Shown here piece by piece: positions 53,708 to 62,200 of a DNA stretch of 64,000 nucleotides (the stretch's first letter is position 1; each line of letters starts with the position of its first letter). A model generated the notes under the pieces. It was not told the origin of the DNA, ran no database searches, and saw only the letters and a list, made by a program, of their open reading frames with translations. The DNA is from a virus (lineage: Duplodnaviria; Caudoviricetes), in IMG/VR virus record IMGVR_UViG_3300027708_000015; one strand, 5' to 3'. The position numbers and the translations under genes are program-made.

Positions 53708-54291
53708 GCAGGTGCTCCTGTGGGTGCGGAAGGCATTCCTCCTGCTGGTGCCGCACCTGGTGCTCCTGTAGGTGCAGGCGGAGGCATACCACCAGCGATT
53801 GGTGCTGGCGCAGGCGGTTTTGCAACTGCTCCATCATTCAACATGGCTTCTTTATCATCGCCTCTCATCTTGTCCATATATCCTTTGTAGATATCAAACG
53901 CAATTTTCTTTGGCATCTGCACTTCTACAACCCAAATAGGCTTGCGGTCTATGCGACCTTTTTTGCTGTTGGGACGTAGGTCGTCTGGGCTCTTGATTTT
54001 ACGAGGCTCTAGTAAATGTGTCTCTTGATACAGAACTTTACAACCTAGCTCGGTCAAACGCTTGGCGGCTGTTGGATTAGGCATCTTTTCACGCGGCCAC
54101 ATAAAGCCAGCTGTGATCCAATGACGATCTACTTTTGGTCCGTAGGCCAGTTCGCCATCTTCCCAGTTTTCATAAGCATACATGTCCATCTCGTCTAGAA
54201 CACGTTCAAAATCCTTTAATACAGCAAGGCCTGAATTGTTTTCGTAAAGTTCTTGAATGTTGCGAATAACGTCTAAAATGTCATGATGCAT
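53704..54291 (-). CDS. Hypothetical protein with P/A/G-rich C-terminus
   Basis: 195 aa; downstream of the GCTAAATA motif. Confidence 0.55.
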   Translation of the reverse strand: MHHDILDVIRNIQELYENNSGLAVLKDFERVLDEMDMYAYENWEDGELAYGPKVDRHWITAGFMWPREKMPNPTAAKRLTELGCKVLYQETHLLEPRKIKSPDDLRPNSKKGRIDRKPIWVVEVQMPKKIAFDIYKGYMDKMRGDDKEAMLNDGAVAKPPAPAPIAGGMPPPAPTGAPGAAPAGGMPSAPTGAPA

Positions 54292-54317
54292 AGTGGTGTC
54301 CTAGATGATCTTATACT

Positions 54318-54376
54318 TATTTAGCTGGTTTTAAACGATAACTGATAAGTTTATTATTCTGTACAACGGTTAAATA
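54318..54376. promoter_or_regulatory. Divergent late-promoter pair: GCTAAATA (-, 54318-54325) and GTTAAATA (+, 54369-54376)
   Basis: Both TAAATA cores lie in the divergent gap between 54291 and phoH. Confidence 0.5.
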
Positions 54377-54451
54377 ATAGTGTAGGACCTCTGTAGTTAT
54401 CAAGGGCGGTCACTACAAGTCTTACTTTTTTATAAGAGTAGGAGCAACTAG

Positions 54452-55171
54452 ATGAGTAAACAACGAGTGAAAAAGCGTTTTACATCAGAAGTTAATATCA
54501 TTGATTTTCAGCCGTATCTTCCGGCAAAAAAGCAACGTGTGAGCATTAATGCACGTAACGCTAATCAGAAACTATATCTCAGTAAACTGTATGCAGAGAA
54601 CACTAGCATAGTACTTGCTATTGGTCCTGCCGGCACGGGTAAAACCATGTTGGCTGTACAGTATGGTGTCAAATTGTTTCAGGAAGGTAAAGTTGATAAG
54701 ATCGTGGTAACCAGACCCGCCGTGTCCGTAGATGAAGATTTGGGATTTTTACCAGGTGACTTAAATGAAAAGATGGCACCATGGACCCGTCCTATATTTG
54801 ATGTCTTGGGCGAATATTATCAGAAAAAAGAAATAGCAAGTATGCTAGAGGAAGGTACTATTGAAATAAGCCCACTGGCCTATATGCGAGGACGTACATT
54901 TAAAAACGCATACATAGTTGCAGATGAAATGCAAAATGCCACGCAGAATCAAATGAAAATGCTACTGACCCGACTAGGAGAAGGGTCCAAGATGGTAGTG
55001 ACAGGCGATCTAGCACAAGCAGACCGAGTGAGCGATAATGGTCTGATTGATTTTTGCAATCTACTCGAACAAAAAGAATATTTGGAACATATCGACATTA
55101 TTCGATTTGACGCCAAGGACATCGAACGCCATAATGCCGTGAAGGAGGTGCTTGCGGTTTATGGAGAATAA
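54452..55171 (+). CDS. phoH: PhoH-family ATPase
   Basis: GPAGTGKT, TRPAV..LGFLPG, PLAYMRGRTF, ADEMQNAT, TGDLAQ. Confidence 0.95.
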   Translation: MSKQRVKKRFTSEVNIIDFQPYLPAKKQRVSINARNANQKLYLSKLYAENTSIVLAIGPAGTGKTMLAVQYGVKLFQEGKVDKIVVTRPAVSVDEDLGFLPGDLNEKMAPWTRPIFDVLGEYYQKKEIASMLEEGTIEISPLAYMRGRTFKNAYIVADEMQNATQNQMKMLLTRLGEGSKMVVTGDLAQADRVSDNGLIDFCNLLEQKEYLEHIDIIRFDAKDIERHNAVKEVLAVYGE

Positions 55172-55197
55172 AGCGGAAACGCTTTAGATTGTCATCG

Positions 55198-55222
55198 AAA
55201 AAGGGCCTTAACGGCCCTTTTT
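55198..55222. terminator. Bidirectional intrinsic terminator
   Basis: AAAAAGGGCC-TTAAC-GGCCCTTTTT between the convergent phoH and clamp-loader genes. Confidence 0.8.
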
Positions 55223-55224
55223 TA

Positions 55225-56139
55225 TTATAAGTGACTTAGTCTAATAAGTGTACTGGCCAGATTAATTTCTGGATCTATAACTAATGCGTGATCAACCAGT
55301 CCTTGCTTGATGATCATAATAGCTTTTTCTTGTTTGGTATCATCACCGAATACTTCGATATTATCGTATAACCAACGATAAATTTCACCCATCTCTTCAG
55401 GAAGAGCCTGCCCGCAAACTAGCTTACGTGCTTCACTTATTTTACCTGCTTTGAACAAATCTACCATGGCCACACGATAATCTGTACTCGAATCTGTAGT
55501 TTCAGGATTGTGTAATTTGCCATCCAAACTGTTTTGTTGTAGATTATTAATACATTTTCGCAGGTCCGGATATGTGCCTTTGACATATGTATCTAACGTA
55601 TCCAAGTCAAACTCAATATCTTCCGTGACAAGTATTGTAGCCACCCGTGCAGTAAATTCTGTCAAGTCTGTTTTTTCAATGTGCAGTTTTTGGCAACGAC
55701 TATGTAATGCTGGCAGTATCTTGTTAGGGTAGTTACAGGTTAAAATAAATCTAACTGAGTTGCTGTAATCTTCCATTAGGTTACGTAGCGCAGGTTGCAC
55801 CGAATTTACGTTCATAAAGTCAGCCTCGTCGATCAGCACAATCTTGAAATCACCAAACGGCATAGTCTGGCAAAATCCAATCAGTTTGTCAACCCATTCA
55901 ACCTTACGTGCTTCTTTGGATCCGTTAGCAAATAGTACATCGTGGTCTTCTACGCCCAGCTTGTTGATCAATATCTTGGCTAGAGTTGTTTTGCCTACCC
56001 CAGCATTGCCACTGAACAGCAGATGAGGAATTGATCCTTCTTTGATCCAATTCTCAATTTGTGCTTTTTGATGATCATCAGCAAACACGTACCCGTCTAG
56101 TGTGTCTGGTCTATATTTTTCTACCCACAATTCTTTCAT
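55225..56139 (-). CDS. Clamp loader small subunit (RFC/gp44-like)
   Basis: LWVEKYRP, GNAGVGKT, LIDEAD, TCNY..ALHSRC (SRC motif), DLRKCIN. Confidence 0.9.
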   Translation of the reverse strand: MKELWVEKYRPDTLDGYVFADDHQKAQIENWIKEGSIPHLLFSGNAGVGKTTLAKILINKLGVEDHDVLFANGSKEARKVEWVDKLIGFCQTMPFGDFKIVLIDEADFMNVNSVQPALRNLMEDYSNSVRFILTCNYPNKILPALHSRCQKLHIEKTDLTEFTARVATILVTEDIEFDLDTLDTYVKGTYPDLRKCINNLQQNSLDGKLHNPETTDSSTDYRVAMVDLFKAGKISEARKLVCGQALPEEMGEIYRWLYDNIEVFGDDTKQEKAIMIIKQGLVDHALVIDPEINLASTLIRLSHL

Positions 56140-56160
56140 AGCGATTCCTTAGTTGTTACT

Positions 56161-56199
56161 AGTATACAGATGAAAACAGGGCTAGTCAATAGCCCTGTT
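56161..56199 (-). promoter_or_regulatory. Intrinsic terminator of groES whose loop carries the -35 (TTGACT) of a sigma70 promoter (17 bp, TATACT) for the clamp loader
   Basis: Minus strand AACAGGGCTA-TTGAC-TAGCCCTGTT-TTC-ATCTG-TATACT. Confidence 0.7.
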
Positions 56200-56215
56200 G
56201 CTCGTTTATTGTAGA

Positions 56216-56617
56216 TCAATGCTCGAAGCTGGGTCTTGCGAATGTGCTTGGATCAACAGTTGCATGTGTAACAGTTGCGTGGGCACCGTAGATGATTTGA
56301 TTGGGTTTCTCGTCTGTGACCATTAAGATAGCCTTGACCTCGGCACGACGAATGATAATTTCTGTGCCGTCCTCTTCAACTACTGTAACGCCGCGTGTCC
56401 AACGTCCGTGTTCAAGTAAGATCCATTCACCCACTTTAACATCTTTTTGTTCAGGACCAACAGCCCAAACCCGCCCCCAGCGTGATTTGACACCTTCGCT
56501 TTTGCCGTCATCGCTGAGTAGCACTAGACCACCGGCTGTCTTTTGTTCACCAAATTCCATATCTGTGATCAATACATTATCACGTATGGGGATTAGTTTA
56601 CCTGTTACTTTTGACAT
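56216..56617 (-). CDS. groES: GroES/Cpn10 co-chaperonin
   Basis: LIPIRDNVL..EQKTAGGLVL..GRVWAVGP..VKVGEWIL; C-terminal extension. Confidence 0.85.
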   Translation of the reverse strand: MSKVTGKLIPIRDNVLITDMEFGEQKTAGGLVLLSDDGKSEGVKSRWGRVWAVGPEQKDVKVGEWILLEHGRWTRGVTVVEEDGTEIIIRRAEVKAILMVTDEKPNQIIYGAHATVTHATVDPSTFARPSFEH

Positions 56618-56904
56618 TATTCTTTACCTTCTGGATCCATTTTAGTTACATCTTTTTTACTAGATGCTGACTGTACTACAACTACTGGAGCAGGTTCTTC
56701 TGCCACTGGAGCCGATACTGATGCCAGTCTTTCTGATAAGATTTCTTCTCGAGTCTTTACAATTTGTCCATCCGGACCTAATTTATCTCCTCGAGCATTA
56801 ACACCAGCATTGCCCACAGCCACGGTCATTTCATTTTGTTTGACCAATTTCATCATGTCAACTTCTTTGCCACGTGCTGTTCTATAAATTTGTTTAGCTG
56901 CCAT
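56617..56904 (-). CDS. Hypothetical protein
   Basis: 95 aa; AGGAG SD; downstream of the GATAAGTA motif at 56930-56937. Confidence 0.55.
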   Translation of the reverse strand: MAAKQIYRTARGKEVDMMKLVKQNEMTVAVGNAGVNARGDKLGPDGQIVKTREEILSERLASVSAPVAEEPAPVVVVQSASSKKDVTKMDPEGKE

Positions 56905-56932
56905 TTTAATTCTCCTTGAACTATGCTATTAC

Positions 56933-57442
56933 TTATCTCAGGAATTCCTGCCAGTCTAAATTATATTTGACCGAATCTATCTGATGCACACCCAATAAAA
57001 ACAGCACAAAGCTGGCCACACTGCTTCCGCGTCCTACTCCCCATACAATACCATTTTCGTTGCAGGTATCTACAAAGTGTTTGGTCCATTGTAGTAATGG
57101 AATCATGCCTCGCTCGTTGTATGCCGCCATTTCTGCGGTAACGCGAGCAATTTGCTCTGGAGTAGTGCATCGAAGCAAACACCAATCTTCTACATCAAAA
57201 TCTTTGTATTCCTGCGGCATGAACCAATCACTTTGCAGTGCGGAATCAAAGTCTTCAATAGTGATAGTGTCTAATTGTTCGTTGAATTTTTGAAAGGTAA
57301 ATCCAGCAACATGTTCTAATTGTTCAATATCTTCGGTGTAGTCTACTGTGATATCTTTAAGATTGGAAATTTTTCCTTGGTAAAGGAATTTGAATATATC
57401 TTGTGAATTGAAAATGGGATTACTGAATTTGTCTAGGCGCAT
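56933..57442 (-). CDS. Stand-alone fragment resembling part of DNA polymerase III alpha (DnaE)
   Basis: GIVWGVGRGSSVASFVLFLLGVHQIDSVKYNLDWQEFLR matches DnaE GRGS..S…LGI..DP..Y.L.FERF, but the ORF stops before the catalytic PDID motif. Confidence 0.7.
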   Translation of the reverse strand: MRLDKFSNPIFNSQDIFKFLYQGKISNLKDITVDYTEDIEQLEHVAGFTFQKFNEQLDTITIEDFDSALQSDWFMPQEYKDFDVEDWCLLRCTTPEQIARVTAEMAAYNERGMIPLLQWTKHFVDTCNENGIVWGVGRGSSVASFVLFLLGVHQIDSVKYNLDWQEFLR

Positions 57443-57448
57443 GACCTT

Positions 57449-57477
57449 AGTTTAACTTATATTGATAAGTTTGTCAA
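57449..57477 (-). promoter_or_regulatory. Sigma70-like promoter TTGACA-17-TAAACT with a 7-bp inverted repeat in the spacer
   Basis: Minus strand TTGACA AACTTAT-CAAT-ATAAGTT AAACT, inside the last codons of 57452..57685. Confidence 0.6.
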
Positions 57478-57685
57478 GGCCTTTATCTTTATTGTTGTCC
57501 ATTAGTTTCTTCAAGGCCAGTTGTTGACGATTTCGCTGTTCTTGTTTGTAAGTATCCAAAAGTGCAGAAATTTGTGATCGGACTCCGGGATTTGAAGTCA
57601 TGAAGTATTTTTTAGTAAGATCTGAAATCTTGCTGTCAACTTCGCTGTCTTTGAGATTGGTAAAATCCCCGGCTAGTGGGTGCAT
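57452..57685 (-). CDS. Hypothetical protein
   Basis: 77 aa, coupled to the structural gene. Confidence 0.55.
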   Translation of the reverse strand: MHPLAGDFTNLKDSEVDSKISDLTKKYFMTSNPGVRSQISALLDTYKQEQRNRQQLALKKLMDNNKDKGLDKLINIS

Positions 57686-59265
57686 CAGTATTGACCCATG
57701 TATCTTAGATTAACAGTGGTACCTGCGTTTGTAGTAAAGGCATAGATTACTTTGGTCTTGCTTGCTGTACCGCTGGTCAGTGTTGTAATAGCAGATGCAA
57801 CAGTACCTGGATTAGCACCTGTGATAGTAACTGACGGTGGAGTAGAAGTATACCCAATACCTGGACTTGTAATAGTCAATGCACCAATTCCGCAACTGAG
57901 CACAGCTCTTGCTCCGCTACCTGTACCGGTAATAGTTTGTATTTGATAAAGTGCCGCAGATAAAGGATTAGTAAACGTACCACATGGTGTGCCAGTAAAC
58001 GTACCAATTGGGCCTGTAGTGCTGGTGTATGTGACTGTTATAGTTTGAGTAACAGCACCTGTAGCATTTAGGTTAACACCACCGCTATCTCCCATTACTA
58101 TAGAAAATATTCCGGCACCTATTGTACCAATACTCTTTATTTGAGCCCCAACCGGTATCGTAGTTCCACTAAGTGGCATGCCAATTGATAGCAGACTAAA
58201 ATAGCTAGCAGGAATATTGCCAATGTTTGGTTGACCTCCTACTATTTGACCTGGGAATGTAGTAGATAGTGTGGCCACTTGCAAGTATGTGTTGGGATAA
58301 CCAACAACACTGACAAGGTCACCGACAGCGTATCCGCTGCCAGCTATGCCACCCTGTATGGTGCCACCTGATGCATAATTTGCAGTTGCAGGACAAGTAA
58401 CAGTGACACTGGTTTGTGTACGACCAGTAATGACCCATACACCGTTATATGCCGACGGGGTAACTCCTGTAACCAAAATACTTTGTGTGTTTACAAAAGG
58501 TATAACATTATTAGTCCCGCTATACTGACTGGTAAACGTAAATGTAGTACTAGTTCCACTTCCGGCATTGTTAGTTATACCTGTTATTGTTATAGGCGTA
58601 GGTGCCAAGTTGGCCACACTGGCAGATACAACTGTGTAGCTAGGAGTAGCTGAAGGAGTGACAGCACCTGTTTGTGGACTGCCCCCACTGAATCCCACTA
58701 CCACTGCACTGGTATATCCAGTCCCGGTCCCGGTAACAGAAACAGATGCTACACTTTCGCCACCCACACTCAATGGTGATGGAAACGAAGTATCATATTT
58801 TATTGAGCCGTTTGTGGTAGCAAATGTAGGAGTCCATACTCCGTTGGTGTCGCTAGTAATAAGAATGATGGCATCTGAAAACACGCTGGTTGCGTTGTAT
58901 GCAGGCCAATTGGTAAATGTCAATGTAGCATTACCAGCCAAGGTGAATTTTTGTACAGCACCGATAGATAGGTCAATATTGGTTGCCGATGCAACTCCAC
59001 TGGCGCTGTATAACGATCCTGAAAATTGTTGGTAAAGCCCGTTACTGAGTGTACTGCCCAGTAGGTTGTTAACCACAGGTAATGTCTGCGTGGCTAGGTC
59101 AGCTTTGAGTATCGTGGACGATTGTAAGGCCGATATCTCGCTGGCCGCAGTGGTAAAATCAGCTACGATGGCAGCAAAATTACTACGAAAGCCTTGACTA
59201 TCGTTGTCTTGCCCTGCTACAGGGAAAGTGGTTGAAATTGTTGAGGGGTTTATTGCACTTGTCAT
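57685..59265 (-). CDS. Virion structural protein (tail/baseplate-associated) with S/T/G-rich beta repeats
   Basis: N-terminal FPVAGQDNDSQGFRSNF, short coiled coil, repeated G.GYT/A beta motifs; late promoter upstream. Confidence 0.6.
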   Translation of the reverse strand: MTSAINPSTISTTFPVAGQDNDSQGFRSNFAAIVADFTTAASEISALQSSTILKADLATQTLPVVNNLLGSTLSNGLYQQFSGSLYSASGVASATNIDLSIGAVQKFTLAGNATLTFTNWPAYNATSVFSDAIILITSDTNGVWTPTFATTNGSIKYDTSFPSPLSVGGESVASVSVTGTGTGYTSAVVVGFSGGSPQTGAVTPSATPSYTVVSASVANLAPTPITITGITNNAGSGTSTTFTFTSQYSGTNNVIPFVNTQSILVTGVTPSAYNGVWVITGRTQTSVTVTCPATANYASGGTIQGGIAGSGYAVGDLVSVVGYPNTYLQVATLSTTFPGQIVGGQPNIGNIPASYFSLLSIGMPLSGTTIPVGAQIKSIGTIGAGIFSIVMGDSGGVNLNATGAVTQTITVTYTSTTGPIGTFTGTPCGTFTNPLSAALYQIQTITGTGSGARAVLSCGIGALTITSPGIGYTSTPPSVTITGANPGTVASAITTLTSGTASKTKVIYAFTTNAGTTVNLRYMGQY

Positions 59266-62200
59266 ACTGTTATCCTATCGTCTCTGAATACAAGATATTT
59301 ATCGCTTGTGTAACCGGTGACAGCAGAGATCGTGAATCTGTCTACGGTGTAGTCTATAGTGTTGAAATCAAATCCACTATGCTTGATATTAAGGGCTATG
59401 CCGGCACTAGTTCCTGGTTTACAGAAGCAAATTGGCACACAAAGTACATATCCCGGCTGTGCTTTAGATCCTTTAGGGATACTGCGCATCCAAAGCGGCA
59501 AGTAATTGCGCTCGGTTAATCCAACAGTACCTATACGTTTTTGCCAATTAGTGATACTGTTGTTGTAATAGGTGTTTGTGTTCGGGTTGCTGACTTCATA
59601 ACCTGTACTGTCCACGGTTATCTCATAAGCAGGTCGCACATTCGAAGGTGCGCTAGCAGTCAAGTCGCTAAGATTAGTTGACCATATGCTGTTGCTATCA
59701 TCCACTGTGATGGTTTGCGGTGCTGAACTACCTGTATTGAATGAAGCAGAGGGATGCAGGTTGTCTGGCTCAGACGGATCAAGCATCTGTATATACACCA
59801 CTTCGTACACATTGCTATTGGAGTTGGGATCAACTGCAATAGCTGTTTTAACACTGCCGAATTTGAATCTTTTTCTCTTTACTCCTAGCCCTATTGCACC
59901 AACATAAGCTGCCGCTGATTCTGTTTGGATACCAGCATATACTAACATCTTTAGATTGGGTTGTAAGCCAAATGATGGATCGTTAGTTCTATAGATACTG
60001 TTGGGAGTGAATATGGCTGTGTTATTTACAAATGCCTTCCATGCATTGCGTTGTGTTGGTGCCAAGAATGGTTGAGTGTACACGTTGCTGTATGGAACTG
60101 TATTTGGTGTAGTTACAGATATGGTAAATGTTTTTGGCAGTGCGCTGTATTGATAGGAGTCACTGGCAGTTACAGTAAATTGGAATGATCGGTTAAAAGT
60201 AGTCAGATTCTTGTCAAAGGTAGTGTCACTGTTATTGAAGGTGGTCAATCCCAGCAAACCTGTAGTGCCATTATAGTATTGATTCGGAGTGCCAATAATC
60301 TCGCCATCGGAGGTCAACTGTAAACCAGGTGGCAAACTTCCACTAGTTATTGTGTACAACACTGTAGTGTTGATCACATTACTACTGGCAGATATACTCA
60401 AGGTAGATGGATAAGCCGCCGGTATAGAACCGATATTGGAAGGTGTATTCCAAGTTATCTGGCTAGTGACACTGCCTAGTATCAAAATGTTAAAGGTTTT
60501 AAAACTGATTACAGTTTCTGTACTTAGTAATGATGCTGAAGATCTAACAGCAGTCACAGTAAAGGTATACGATGTTGTGATAGCTGGAGTATAGGGCACA
60601 CGACCAAAAATTTCACCAGTGTTGACATCGAAACTGGTTCCCAGTGGCAGTTTGGTCAACGACCCTATGTAAAATACACTAAGGTCCGGTGGTGCTAGAT
60701 CTAATGGACGATTGAGAGTTAATCTGTACGATCCAGATCCTAAACTGGCTACTTTGGATATTTGATATAGAGTTTCCGTAGCACCTGCTATGTAGTTGTT
60801 AAATGTAAAATATTGTCCCACTAGTGGAGTGCCGCTGGCATTGATTATGCTGAGAGTGGTACCGCCATAGATAATGATAGTAGAAGCTATGGAAGATATG
60901 GTACAATTATTAGACAGTGTTACAGTATATGCATTAGATGTGAATACTACACCCGAAGGTGTACCGGCAACGGTGACAACAGCACTGCCATCGCGTTTTG
61001 TGGACAAGGTAAATTGAGTAAATCCGTTGGTAGCAATGACATAGTATACCGATGATGTGGTTGCATTGGTATAGTTTGAAATCATTTGTGGTATAGAAAA
61101 TTGTCCCGATACAGTGATTCGTTGTCCCACATACAGTTGTTGGCTAGTATAAGCGCAAGAAAATGTTCCTCTAACTCCAGTGATCACAACAGAGGCTAAT
61201 GTTAAATCACTGCTCACACTGTTGATCAAAGTTCCTGGTGGAATACCGTCTGATTGGACACTTTGCCCTACCTGATACACATTGGCATTATTGACATCAG
61301 TTATGATATTGCTACCTGCTGTGATATTGCCGCGTATGCTCAGTGACTGTATATTGTCAGTCAACGCTATTCTTTTGGTTTGGGCATAAACTTCACAATT
61401 GGTGGTTTCTAAACGGAATATCACGTCCTTGCGGTCATACAGTAGAACAGGAACAGTTAGATAGTTATTGGCTCTGAATGTACCAAGATTAGACTTTGAC
61501 AGCCAAACTGGGTTTCTGAGAAAACTAGAGTCTGCAGTAAATGCACCCGCGAACCCGTCAGTGCTGGTTGAGTCAGCTCGAAACTGATCAGTTCCCAGTA
61601 CAAATATCTTAAAGATACGTTGAGCACTGGTTACTCCGTCTGATACTGTAACTTTAAATTGATAGTTTTGATTAAGAGTGCTAGGTACACGCACATTAGA
61701 ACTGTAGTCCCACGTTACATCATCGTACTGATAACTGTCAAAACCGTCCGTAGGAACAACAGCAAAGTCGTAGCCGGCATTATCAAAATAGGTATCATCA
61801 AATGCACCACTTCCGTCTGATACTGAGATCACAGTTTGTGGATTAGGTAGTACATAACCACTGATCAACCCGTCATCACTTAGTGTAAGTCCCGGAGGAA
61901 GATTACCATCACCACTTGCTATAAAGTATTTTAAATGAGCACCTAATACAGTATTTAGATCAAATGCTTCTATCTGATAAGCAACAAAGTTGCTGTCTAA
62001 GGTGTATAACTGTTGATGAACTCCTACTGGTAAATTACCTGCGGGAGTTAAAAATACAGGAGCATTGGCTCCGTTTATCTGCATGGTAAACGTACGATCA
62101 GCAAATCCTGAGCCGTTTGTTGCAACACTGGTGATATTTTTTGTGATGTTTACGGCGAATGTACCGTCACCGTTGGGCGATACTATGTAAGTTCCTACAG

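Noticed and set aside
56933-57442. Split-intein DnaE as in cyanobacteria
   Set aside because: The fragment ends at EFLR* with no intein N-terminal sequence
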